Of a stretch of 64,000 bases of DNA, positions 39,119-48,274 are shown piece after piece. Position numbers and translations under genes: made by a program. The DNA is taken from assembly GCA_965219385.1 (NCBI GenBank), contig CBDCNM010000002.1, forward strand, positions 468,639 through 532,638, in the 5' to 3' direction. The notes beneath the pieces were generated by a model, which worked only from the letters and a program-made list of their open reading frames with translations, searched no databases and was not told the DNA's origin. Each line of letters begins with the position of its first letter. Position 1 is the stretch's first letter. Source of the stretch: Candidatus Latescibacterota bacterium (GTDB lineage Bacteria > Latescibacterota > UBA2968 > UBA8231).

Positions 39119-39158
39119 CTGCGAAAACTGTCTCAGCCCCTGTTGGACTTTGTCACCT

Positions 39159-39230
39159 TTTGTGGCCGGAGTGTGGCTGGTCATCGACCACTTTACCGGA
39201 AAGACCGGGAATGTCCTGGGCTACTTTTGA
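39159..39230 (+). pseudogene. Last 23 codons of another DUF6785-like gene
   Basis: FVAGVWLVIDHFTGKTGNVLGYF*, compared with FVAGMWLVVDYFTGKTGNVLGYF (ends 34553) and FVAGMWLVIDHFTGMTGNILGYF (ends 60917). Confidence 0.85.
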
Positions 39231-39244
39231 ACGGATCTGAAATT

Positions 39245-41137
39245 CTAATAGGCTACGTGTAACGTCCCGATCCGTTCATCTTTCTCTTCATCGGCATGCA
39301 CGACAACGCGGTAGAGGTAGACCCCGGGGGCCACCACCTGCCCGGACGCATCGGTCCCGTCCCATGATTGCAGGTGCCGGCCCACCTCGCCCGCCCCCGG
39401 GTAGGAGCGCACCAAGCCTCCCGCCAGATCGCGGATCTCGATATCCACGGCCACCGCATGGATGGTCTCGAAAATATCGTAGGTCAGCTCGACCGTGTCG
39501 TTGACCTGGTCGTTGTTGGGGGTGAAGACCCTGGTGGCAGCGCTCACCGTTAGCAACGCGCCCCGGTCCGCCGTGGTCTCGACCGTGACCCGGTCGCCCT
39601 CCACTCGGTCCGTGGCGTTGCCGGGACTGACCTGTTGCGGCACTTCGAGCGGTATGGCGCTGTGGAAGACCCGGGCGTTGAAGCTGGTGCCAAAGCGGAA
39701 TATCGCGGCCGAGAAGTCCACCTCGATCGGGATGCCGGTGTCCTGCTGCTTCAGGGTGCGGAAGCCGATGACCAGGCGGTCGTCTTCCACCGTGCTGGTG
39801 AAATCCAGGACCTCTTCCTCGTTGATGCGCACGGCCTCAATGGAGAGGAAGCGGGCGGAAGAGGAGGTCAGTTCGAGGTGGTCGAAGCCGGTGTTTTGTG
39901 TCCCTAGGGTCGGCCTGAGGGTATAGGTGAACTGCGTGGTCTGCCCCAGATCCGCCACCGTGGGCGCGATCTCGCCCAGCAACGCGGAGGCTGCGGGCGG
40001 GGACGAGGCCCGGAACTCCAGAAAGTCCACCCCACCGCCGGCGTCACCGCCGCCCAGAAAGTCGACCTTGAACTGCAAAAAACGCCGCGGCCCCAGCGAG
40101 GTGATGGCCGTGCCGGCGCTGTCGGCAAACGCGTACGGGGCCGACCACAAGGTCCAGTTGTCCAGGTCGTAGGTGGTGCCCGCCTGCTCCCCTTGCCCGA
40201 GCCGGTTGTATTGGCTGCGGCTTACCTGGACCCGCTGATCACCCCGGCCGGTGCGCTGCCAGTAGAGGGTGGGGTCGTCGTCGGTGCCGCTGCGGGTCTG
40301 GATGAGCACCTGGGCGTCCGGGTCTCTGCTTCCCGTCCACCGGAGATCCCCCCAGGCCGCTGGCTCGTCGAATTCTATCCGGTTGGATACGTAGGTACCC
40401 CGCTCGACAAAACCGCGGGCGAACACCTCGATCTCCTGAATCTCCCACGGGGTATTGTGCTCCCCGACCGCCACCTGTATGAAACTGAGCGGCTGGGGCG
40501 GCACCTTGACTACCAGGCTGTCCTCGCGGTTGTCGCGCACCTCGATGAAGGGGCTTAGAGGACGTATGAACAACTGGATGCGAATGTTGGGCACCACGGG
40601 GGCGAGATGGAAGCGGATATTCCGCACCGTGGTGCCCGGGTTTTGGCGTCCAGAGAAAACTACGATGCGATCGAGAGGGAAGGTGTCGCCGAGAGCGAAC
40701 TGAAGGGTCCCTGCGCCTCCGTAGTCGTCAATACAGCTGAAGTAGCGGGTAAATTCCGCACAGATGTACAGGGGCACGAGCCACGGCGTGTTGTGGTCGC
40801 CGTCAAACGCCACGGTGTGGCCCACGCCCGAAGGGGCCATCCAAGCATCCTCTCTATCTATCCACCCCGGCGCGATGTTGACGTTGGGGTCGTAGCTCAA
40901 GAGACTGAGGACGCCGGCCTTCAGCTCCGTCTGGAAGGTGTCGCCGCCCTCCTCGGCGGTTGCCTCCCAGGGGAGTTGGTTAAAATCCACCCCCGGGCTG
41001 TCGATCTCGGGCGGAGGGGGCAGGCCCTCACCGCCGAGGCGGTAGATGACGAGGCCGGCGCTGTTTTCCGGTGTCCACACAAGGGTCCAGACCACCATCC
41101 ACAGAACCACATTCAAGCTGCGATTGATCAGGGCCAT
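39245..41137 (-). CDS. Secreted FlgD/CHU_C-CTD protein (type B, copy 2)
   Basis: Near-identical paralog of 34602-36494, ending LHVAY. Confidence 0.75.
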   Translation of the reverse strand: MALINRSLNVVLWMVVWTLVWTPENSAGLVIYRLGGEGLPPPPEIDSPGVDFNQLPWEATAEEGGDTFQTELKAGVLSLLSYDPNVNIAPGWIDREDAWMAPSGVGHTVAFDGDHNTPWLVPLYICAEFTRYFSCIDDYGGAGTLQFALGDTFPLDRIVVFSGRQNPGTTVRNIRFHLAPVVPNIRIQLFIRPLSPFIEVRDNREDSLVVKVPPQPLSFIQVAVGEHNTPWEIQEIEVFARGFVERGTYVSNRIEFDEPAAWGDLRWTGSRDPDAQVLIQTRSGTDDDPTLYWQRTGRGDQRVQVSRSQYNRLGQGEQAGTTYDLDNWTLWSAPYAFADSAGTAITSLGPRRFLQFKVDFLGGGDAGGGVDFLEFRASSPPAASALLGEIAPTVADLGQTTQFTYTLRPTLGTQNTGFDHLELTSSSARFLSIEAVRINEEEVLDFTSTVEDDRLVIGFRTLKQQDTGIPIEVDFSAAIFRFGTSFNARVFHSAIPLEVPQQVSPGNATDRVEGDRVTVETTADRGALLTVSAATRVFTPNNDQVNDTVELTYDIFETIHAVAVDIEIRDLAGGLVRSYPGAGEVGRHLQSWDGTDASGQVVAPGVYLYRVVVHADEEKDERIGTLHVAY

Positions 41138-41152
41138 GGCCCGCAAGCCTCC

Positions 41153-43684
41153 TCAATACGCCACGTGAACCAGCCGCTCCACCGAAGCCTGGGCCGCCGC
41201 ATCCGCGTCGACCTCGACCTGGATGCGGGCCAGGTAAATCCCCGGAGGCACCAGCTGCCCCGAGTCGTCTTCCCCGGACCAGGGGATGACGTAGTCCCCC
41301 CGTGGGTCGGCGCGGCGCTCCACCAGCTCCCGAATCTCAGCACCGCTCAGATCGTGTATGGTCACGCGCACGGCCTTGTCGGCGCTGAGCCGGCCGACGC
41401 TGAAATTGAAGGTCGTCCTGTCGTTGACGCCGTCGTTGTTGGGAGTCATCATCCCGGAATCGAGGCGCACGTCTCCCAGGATCTGGTTCTGACCCAGGGC
41501 CACCACCGTGGTGGTCTGGCTGTTGACCAGATCCGTGGCCTCGCCCCCGTCCACCCGCTGCCAGAAACCGGGTGCATCCGAGGCCTGCACCGCGCCGCTG
41601 AACGAGGCGCTGTTGGCGAAGAAGGTCGAGCTGAACCGCACCTCGACCAGGTCCACCCCCCGCCTGATGGCCTCGGGCAGGCGAAACCAGAGGGTGTCGG
41701 GAGCCTGGCTGAGCAAGACCAAGTCAGCGGGACGAAAAACATCAAAGCTCTGGTTTTCAGGGGCAAAGTCCGCGTCGCGCCCCAGGTGCACGGCGGTATC
41801 GGCCAAGGACAGGACCGCCCCGGCCGTGGCGGCGATCCGGATCTCGTCAAAATCCTGGGTGGAGCGGCTGAAGGAAGGCCGCAGGAAAAAGGAGAACTCC
41901 TCGGCCTGGCCAATGGCCTGGACCCGGTTGGGAAAAACCTCGCCCACCAGCCGGTCGGCGACCGGATCGGCCAGCTCCACCTGGATGGAGTTCAAGGTGG
42001 TGCTCGCTTCGGGACTATCGGACAGGATCGCCGCCCGGATCTCCATGAACTCCCGGGGGCTGGGCGACTGGATGGCCTCCCCCGAGCGGCGGTGGGGCGG
42101 ACTCCAGGGGCTCCAGTCGCCTCCAGCTTTAAAGGTACTGGTGATCTCTCCCTGTTTTTGCTTGGGGAGTCTGTTGTATCGCGCCTCGGTGACGATATTG
42201 CCTTTGTTGTCGTGGTAGATCTTTTCTTCGTCCAGGGTATTGCCGGTCCGGGTCTGCAGCTGAACCCGGGATCCCGGCACGTCGTCGGCTTCCCAGTGCA
42301 GGGCGATGAGATTCTTGCGGTTGCCCAGGTTGATCAGACCCGAGCTCAGGGCCGCCTCGGGAACGTAACCCTCGCCGTAGAGCATCACATCGGTGATGGC
42401 AATACGGGTGGTCCAATCTTGATTTGCGGTGAACCCGTGCGGAATGCGGAGGAATCGGACCTTGACAGGATCTATCCTGAGCTCGCGGTACCTCACATTC
42501 TCGATGCTGGTCGCCACCCGGGTCCACTTGATGCTGCCGTCGGGTGCCCGGGTCCCGTCCGAAACATCCACGAAGACGTTTCTCAGGGGTGTTGCCCCAT
42601 CCATCAGGAAGTGCATGGTATCGATCCAGAAGAGCGCGCCCAGATCTTCAAAGAAGTTGTAGAGAGTGTTCGGGTATACTAAAACGTCGTGCCCGCTTCT
42701 GTAGTTTCCGTCCGTGACTATGCTGCCCAACTGCTGCAGGCCGGAATGGGTCTCCGATTCCACCAGACCCCCGCGTTCCGGGGTGCCGAAGTTGATGTTA
42801 TCCCCGGCCGTCCACACCTCGATCTCGGCCAGGCGCGGCTCCTCCCTGCGAAAGTATTTTATCTCCCCTTGCTGCCCTGCGTCAAGCGCCTCGTAAACCT
42901 CCCTGGAGATCAAGACCTGACGGCCGGATGGACTCCTCCTGTAGTACTCCACTACCCCCCTGCGCTCGTCGGGCAGAGCCTCGTAGTCCTGTTGAGCAAT
43001 CTGGACCGCACGATCAAAGTCGCTGTCCGTGACCAGGACCTGGACCTGCTCGAGGGGATCTCCCTCGAAGAGGGGGTTGGCTGGTTCCGTGGTCGGCGGC
43101 ACAAACTCGAAGGCCCTCTGGTCCTTGTTGGGCCGGTCGGTCGAGCCGATCTCCCAGAAATTCGGCGTGTCCGTACCCAGGAGGGTGTAGTTGATCGCGG
43201 TGCGTGTTCGTACGGGGCCGTTGCGCCAGACCAGCACTTTGAACTGCAGAAAGGGATCCCCCTCGCCTTCTGCGGCAAAGCGCAACACGATCTTCGAAAT
43301 CACCACGGTGCGGCCGAGATTCACCCTGACCCACCACTCCTCCGGGGGCCGGTCGAGGTCGGGGGCCCAGAACGTGCCCATATCACCATCAATCAGGTTG
43401 CGGGCGGTCCCCAGGTTCGAACCGGCCTGGACCCCGCCTTGTCCACTGGCGGAGAACTGCTCTGCGTCCAGAGCGGCATTGATGTTTTTGCGGATGAATT
43501 TGGGCCTGACCCCCTGCGCCGAAATATCGACCAGCCCCCCTGCCGTCTTCCAGGCCTCCCACTGGGCGCGCCGGTCGACCACGAGCTGGTTGCCGCTGAT
43601 CCTGTAGGCCTGCTGACCCTCAAGGGGAAGAGAGGACAACAAGAGCAGGAAAAAAAGTGAAAGAACAACCCCCCGCCGAATCAT
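41153..43684 (-). CDS. Secreted FlgD/CHU_C-CTD protein (type A, copy 2)
   Basis: Paralog of 36510-39056. Start MIRRGVVL follows AGGAGG. Confidence 0.75.
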   Translation of the reverse strand: MIRRGVVLSLFFLLLLSSLPLEGQQAYRISGNQLVVDRRAQWEAWKTAGGLVDISAQGVRPKFIRKNINAALDAEQFSASGQGGVQAGSNLGTARNLIDGDMGTFWAPDLDRPPEEWWVRVNLGRTVVISKIVLRFAAEGEGDPFLQFKVLVWRNGPVRTRTAINYTLLGTDTPNFWEIGSTDRPNKDQRAFEFVPPTTEPANPLFEGDPLEQVQVLVTDSDFDRAVQIAQQDYEALPDERRGVVEYYRRSPSGRQVLISREVYEALDAGQQGEIKYFRREEPRLAEIEVWTAGDNINFGTPERGGLVESETHSGLQQLGSIVTDGNYRSGHDVLVYPNTLYNFFEDLGALFWIDTMHFLMDGATPLRNVFVDVSDGTRAPDGSIKWTRVATSIENVRYRELRIDPVKVRFLRIPHGFTANQDWTTRIAITDVMLYGEGYVPEAALSSGLINLGNRKNLIALHWEADDVPGSRVQLQTRTGNTLDEEKIYHDNKGNIVTEARYNRLPKQKQGEITSTFKAGGDWSPWSPPHRRSGEAIQSPSPREFMEIRAAILSDSPEASTTLNSIQVELADPVADRLVGEVFPNRVQAIGQAEEFSFFLRPSFSRSTQDFDEIRIAATAGAVLSLADTAVHLGRDADFAPENQSFDVFRPADLVLLSQAPDTLWFRLPEAIRRGVDLVEVRFSSTFFANSASFSGAVQASDAPGFWQRVDGGEATDLVNSQTTTVVALGQNQILGDVRLDSGMMTPNNDGVNDRTTFNFSVGRLSADKAVRVTIHDLSGAEIRELVERRADPRGDYVIPWSGEDDSGQLVPPGIYLARIQVEVDADAAAQASVERLVHVAY

Positions 43685-43718
43685 GCCGCGACCTCCTGTT
43701 TTTCTATTAATCCTATAC

Positions 43719-43757
43719 AAAAGTGGGGGGGGATATAACAAGCATATCCCCCCCCAC
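43719..43757 (-). terminator. Hairpin plus U-tract between the CBM9-like gene and type A gene copy 2
   Basis: GTGGGGGGGGATAT / ATATCCCCCCCCAC inverted repeat, followed by TTTT on the minus strand. Confidence 0.55.
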
Positions 43758-43815
43758 CTGCGCAGACACCCAACTGCACTCTGGCACATGCTGCAGTCAG
43801 GTCAGGGCCACCCCT

Positions 43816-44733
43816 CTATTTATTAAGGGTGGCTTTGATCCGGCCCCAGGAACTGGCCTCCACGGCCGTGGGGAATATATCTGTATCTACTGCGAGCAAC
43901 TCGAAGTCGGCCATGAGGTCGGCATTCAGCCAGACATCGTGGTTGCGCGGGAAATCAAACGACCCTTCGTAGATATCGGAATTGTCGTAATCCTTCCAGA
44001 GGTAGCCGACGCCAATGGTTCCTCCTTCTGAGAGGGTGAATTCAACGCTCTCAGCAAGGCCGTCCCAGTCCAGGTGATCCCAGGGGGTTACCATGTGCTC
44101 GAACTGCCAGGTGCCGCTGCCACCTTCTTCGCCGTTCCTCTGCCAGCCTACCTGCAGCAGCTCGGGGCAGCAGGACCCCAACCCGCTCTGGGTCAACCAC
44201 CAGCCGCCCAGGTACATCCAGGACCAGTACCCGTCTATGGGCGGCACTATGGTGGAATAGAGCTGAGCTTCGGCACCCTCAAACTGCGCCGCCTCTTCTG
44301 CGGACAGGTCCGACCAGGCGCCGAAGATGGGACCGCCGCTGTGATCGGCATCGACCACGAAATGACTCTCATCGTCGTAGTTGAAACGGGCGGTTTCCGA
44401 GCGCCTGGCGGATTGGAGTATGTTGTCGCTCAGCCATATCATCTGGTAGATGCGATTGTTGGACGGGGACCAGCCGACGATCATTTTCATATTGAGATCA
44501 TCGAAATCGAAGTCGGTGCCGACGCCCCGTCTGGTCTCTTCGAAATCATTCTCCATGGTGACCCAAAACGACTCCGGGATCAAATCCCAGTCCGACAGGT
44601 CGCCGTCAATGGTTACGGCGTTAGCAGGAATACCAACAGCGAAATACTCGGCACCCGGGAAATGAGCCCAGAGACCTGCGGACATAACGAACACGATGCT
44701 TGTTGCGAGAAGCAGGATTTTGATTGCTCTCAT
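43816..44733 (-). CDS. Secreted CBM9/DOMON-like sugar-binding protein with C-terminal TAVEASSWGRIKA motif
   Basis: Start MRAIKILL after AGGAGG, signal peptide ending LWA, and motifs TIDGDLSDW, VGWS...NRIY and FVVDADHSGG. Confidence 0.7.
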   Translation of the reverse strand: MRAIKILLLATSIVFVMSAGLWAHFPGAEYFAVGIPANAVTIDGDLSDWDLIPESFWVTMENDFEETRRGVGTDFDFDDLNMKMIVGWSPSNNRIYQMIWLSDNILQSARRSETARFNYDDESHFVVDADHSGGPIFGAWSDLSAEEAAQFEGAEAQLYSTIVPPIDGYWSWMYLGGWWLTQSGLGSCCPELLQVGWQRNGEEGGSGTWQFEHMVTPWDHLDWDGLAESVEFTLSEGGTIGVGYLWKDYDNSDIYEGSFDFPRNHDVWLNADLMADFELLAVDTDIFPTAVEASSWGRIKATLNK

Positions 44734-44997
44734 GTTTCTTCCTCCTGTGCTTTGAGGATTTATGAAACTATCTCGAACCCTTACTGGTTGCGCCGCTTTT
44801 GCTTCTGCTCGGAGCACAGCGAGAATTTTAGACAGCTTCTATGGGAATTTTACGCTCCGTTGATGGGCAAGCTACGGCACCGGGTTCATTCTTTACAAAA
44901 ACAGCTACGCCTCCTTTCTATAAAGGATTGAATCAACCCGATTCATTATCTATTCGTCTGGTGGTTTGCGCCTGTATCAAGCTTTAGACCCTTACCT

Positions 44998-45145
44998 CAA
45001 TACTGTGGACACTTTTTGTAAGTCGTTGATAAATAAAGACTTAGGAAAATCGGCGCTGAAATTCGCAACTTGTTAATAAATAAGCACTTACGAGTTTTGA
45101 TGCCATGGAAATCCGCTCAAAATCGAAAAAGTGTCCGAACTATTG
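44998..45145. mobile_element. 148-bp MITE, copy 1
   Basis: Imperfect TIRs CAATACTGTGGACACTTTTT / revcomp CAATAGTTCGGACACTTTTT, flanked by the direct repeat TTACCT (44992-44997, 45146-45151). AT-rich and non-coding. Confidence 0.85.
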
Positions 45146-45164
45146 TTACCTATTTAACCTATTT

Positions 45165-45193
45165 ATTATAGTATGTTGAAAATAGAATGTCAA
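45165..45193 (-). promoter_or_regulatory. Consensus sigma70 promoter directed at the 44733 gene
   Basis: Minus strand TTGACA-17 nt-TATAAT, a perfect consensus. Confidence 0.7.
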
Positions 45194-45367
45194 GCGATAA
45201 AACCTCATGCCTAAACAACCATTTTTGAAAGACTTGACCTCTCTTTTTAAGTCTATCATAAACAATGGCTTAGCATAATATTATGTGCTGGAGCTAAAGC
45301 GCCGGGATGCCGTTTCTCCATCATAAATTCAATATAAACAAAAAAAACAAAAAAAGTTGCGCCTTGC

Positions 45368-48235
45368 CTAATCGCGCAGGCCGGCGTAGAGGGTCGCATA
45401 GACCAGGCTTCTGATCTGCGATTGGCGGTCTGTCCCGAATCTTTCAAGGCTGCTTCTCTCGATGCTGACACCGAGTTGGGCAATCAGCTGGTACCCCATA
45501 TAGTCTCCTGTATTGGATAGCTGCGTCCCCACCACCGTGTTGCGGAGGTCTCCGGTCAAGTCCCCCTTGTCGAGGTTCCCCGTGGTGTTGCCCTCCTCGT
45601 CGAGCAGCAGGTTGCCTTGGTCGTCGCGCAACAAGGGTTTCTCCTCGAGGATCCGGTCCTGGTGAAACATCTGTTCAAGTCCAACCTCCATGGTGGTTTT
45701 CTCCAGTAGCGGGAACTTGAAAATCAGGAAGAAGATACCGGACCACGCATCGCGCTCTGACCCGGTCGTGGAGTAGAGGGTGTTGTCCTTTAGAAGTTCG
45801 CTCTTGAATTTGGGCCGGATGGTCAGGCTGCCGATCTGGTGCAGGTAATCCACCTTGTTGATGAGGCCGAGGAGTCGGGTGTTCTTCTTAAAGTTGAGGC
45901 CGCTCTCGTCGCGGCGCTGGCGCACAATCTCGTATTTGAATTTGTTGGCGAAGTTCAGGCCGGAATCGGATCTGCGCTCAAAGCCCGCGAAGGCGGTATT
46001 GAGCCAGGTGTCCTCGGCAAAGAGCGGATCCACGATGAACTGGTTGGATCCGCTTGCTCCTGGGGTTTGCACCCACTGGGAGAGATCGTCCTGGATGTTG
46101 TCTCTGGCCTTCTTGAGCATATTGGCGAGCCGCAACCTGCCGATCCCGGCGTAGTCTTTATCAAAGGCAAAAAGCCCGTAGGTGGTCAAATTCCTGCGGT
46201 CGTCCGCTAGGAGCAGCTGGCGGACCTGTCCTATGGTCAGCCGCCCGTGTGGCGTTATATGGCCCCCAAGGTAGATGTTATATCCTTTGTGATCCCTTTT
46301 GTAGGGATAGTCGGGCTCGTCGTCGTTTTCAAACCGATCTATCCAGCCGTTGTTGTTCAGGTCGGTGCCAAAGAGGAATTCCGGGCGATCCGAGTGGTAT
46401 CTCATGAAGGGCTCGTCGTAGTCCGGGAAGCTGTTGGGCCGAAAGAGGTTGTCGTTCTGGTTGAAGTCGGAGACGGAATCGTTGTTTTCGTCCCAGCCGG
46501 GGAAGACCGCCTCGTCGCCGAAGCCCGCGCCCGACCTTCCTGCATTGCCTCTCTCGCGGCCGCTCCTGGGATCCTGAAAGAGCCGTTGCTGGTCCGGTTT
46601 CCTGTCCTGATCGTCGTTGTCGTCCACAAAGTCGTAGACATTCGTGGTCGGGTCACTATAGTCGATTTTGCCGAATCCATCCACCATGAAGGGGCTGGTG
46701 TTGTAGTCTTCCTCCATGTAAAAGCCCTCGGCGAAAAAGTACCACGGATAGGAGAACCTCGAGAGATTGATCATCCACGCCGTGGCGGACTCATCGCCGG
46801 CGATCCCCGAGGAGGACCTGAGGGTCTCCCGGCGCTGGTTGGGGTACTGTTTGAACTGGTGATTCATATCCAGCTCGGTGTAGAGGTTGAATCCCATCAG
46901 GTCGTCGACTTCCACCGTGAAACCAAAAACCTGGTTTGCCGTGGGTATGCCGTAGTCGAAAACGACCTCTGTTTTATTGGAACCATCCTTGATATTGCCC
47001 TCGGCCTGGGTCACCACCAGAAAAATGGGCTGGGCGGCGGCGTTGGTCTGGCTGTTGGAGGTGACCTCTATCTTGTAGTCGTTGACCAGGACCAGCCGGA
47101 ACCTGACCCCACTGATATTATTTAAAAGGTCCTGGTCGTCCACTGCTTCCGCAACCAGGTTCAGGTCGTACCTGAGCTCGACCTGTTCATTGCCATCGGC
47201 CACCAGCACCCCTTCTCTGAGGAGGCCCCCTTCCCTGCCGGGAAACGGGGGAGGGTCCGCATTGAGGGCGCGGTATTTTTGGGCCAGCACACCGTTGATC
47301 TCGCTCCCTGTCAAAACCGTGTCCCGGTCGCCGATCATGGTGGTTATTTCTACATCCTGGGCCAGGAGGACGGCTCCCCCTTTGCCGTCCGCAGGGGAGT
47401 CGTCGCTGAGCCGGATGACTATGAGGTTGATCTGTTCTTCGAGCTGTCTGGGGGTAAGCGCTCCTTTGAATGGGTTGCCTGTAAAGCTCTCCTGAGTGGT
47501 TCTGCCGGTGTGGGAATTGACGAAGGTCCCTCCCACTGTGACGCGATCCCCGAGCCTCACGGTCGCCCTGCCTCCCAGCAGATTGGTGAAATTGTTAGAA
47601 GTGGCTGCATTCGGGTCTGCGATAAAACCCGGAGCGCTGATCCGGGAAAACAGACCGGTCACCGAGACGTCGTCCGAGCGGAAGTCCACCTGAGTGCCAT
47701 TGAAGACCGCTTTTCGGAAGGTCAGCGGCGTCAAGGTTGTAAAGATCTCGTTGCCTATGGTGATGGAATAGGCGTATTGTCCCTTCTGGTCGGCGGAGAT
47801 GATGAGGTTGCTGAAGAAGCTGCCGTACTCTCCCCGTTTAAGCAGGCGGCTGCCCTCGGACGCGTGCGGTCGTTCCTCGGTCCAGTCGTAGACCAGCCAT
47901 CCCCTGGTTAGAAAATTGCCGTACAGATCGTAGAAGTAGTCTCCCTGCTGAAAAGGATCTACATAGCGCTGGTAGAGATTCTCGCCGTAATTGGTGTACT
48001 CCCAGGTCTGCCAGCGGTACTCTTGATACAGCTCTTGGGACAGGTACCATTTCCTCATCGCCGGGTCCACACTGCCCATGTCCATCCACGGACCCCGAGG
48101 GCGAAACTCTACTTCTCTGGCTTCGGAGTGTCCCAGACGGTTGCCGTAGTCCTGCTGCGCAAAGGTGCGCTGTGCCGGGAAAACCAGCAGAAAGAAAAAG
48201 GTTATGGCGCAAAATGCACGATGCGTTCTCAGCAT
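45368..48235 (-). CDS. Large exported hypothetical protein (955 aa), putative outer-membrane protein; paralog of 48275-51070
   Basis: Signal peptide ending TFA. Asp/Asn-rich loops DDNDDQDR.PD, PGWDENND and DLNNNGWIDRFEND. Alternating beta-strand pattern in the C-terminal third, ending YATLYAGLRD. Confidence 0.65.
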   Translation of the reverse strand: MLRTHRAFCAITFFFLLVFPAQRTFAQQDYGNRLGHSEAREVEFRPRGPWMDMGSVDPAMRKWYLSQELYQEYRWQTWEYTNYGENLYQRYVDPFQQGDYFYDLYGNFLTRGWLVYDWTEERPHASEGSRLLKRGEYGSFFSNLIISADQKGQYAYSITIGNEIFTTLTPLTFRKAVFNGTQVDFRSDDVSVTGLFSRISAPGFIADPNAATSNNFTNLLGGRATVRLGDRVTVGGTFVNSHTGRTTQESFTGNPFKGALTPRQLEEQINLIVIRLSDDSPADGKGGAVLLAQDVEITTMIGDRDTVLTGSEINGVLAQKYRALNADPPPFPGREGGLLREGVLVADGNEQVELRYDLNLVAEAVDDQDLLNNISGVRFRLVLVNDYKIEVTSNSQTNAAAQPIFLVVTQAEGNIKDGSNKTEVVFDYGIPTANQVFGFTVEVDDLMGFNLYTELDMNHQFKQYPNQRRETLRSSSGIAGDESATAWMINLSRFSYPWYFFAEGFYMEEDYNTSPFMVDGFGKIDYSDPTTNVYDFVDDNDDQDRKPDQQRLFQDPRSGRERGNAGRSGAGFGDEAVFPGWDENNDSVSDFNQNDNLFRPNSFPDYDEPFMRYHSDRPEFLFGTDLNNNGWIDRFENDDEPDYPYKRDHKGYNIYLGGHITPHGRLTIGQVRQLLLADDRRNLTTYGLFAFDKDYAGIGRLRLANMLKKARDNIQDDLSQWVQTPGASGSNQFIVDPLFAEDTWLNTAFAGFERRSDSGLNFANKFKYEIVRQRRDESGLNFKKNTRLLGLINKVDYLHQIGSLTIRPKFKSELLKDNTLYSTTGSERDAWSGIFFLIFKFPLLEKTTMEVGLEQMFHQDRILEEKPLLRDDQGNLLLDEEGNTTGNLDKGDLTGDLRNTVVGTQLSNTGDYMGYQLIAQLGVSIERSSLERFGTDRQSQIRSLVYATLYAGLRD

Positions 48236-48274
48236 TGATCCCTCCTGTGGGATCCTTTGGCAGCGGATTTTTTC

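Larger units (their letters stand above)
34602..39124. repeat. Tandem duplication unit 1 (two genes)
   Basis: Stop codons of both genes recur at +4643 (34602/39245 and 36510/41153). Confidence 0.92.
39245..43762. repeat. Tandem duplication unit 2
   Basis: See unit 1. Homology ends just after the shared upstream hairpin (..CCCCACCTGCG). Confidence 0.92.

Noticed and set aside
34602..43762. Diversity-generating retroelement explaining the variable paralogs
   Set aside because: No reverse transcriptase is present. The differences include indels and are not restricted to adenines or to a short C-terminal region.
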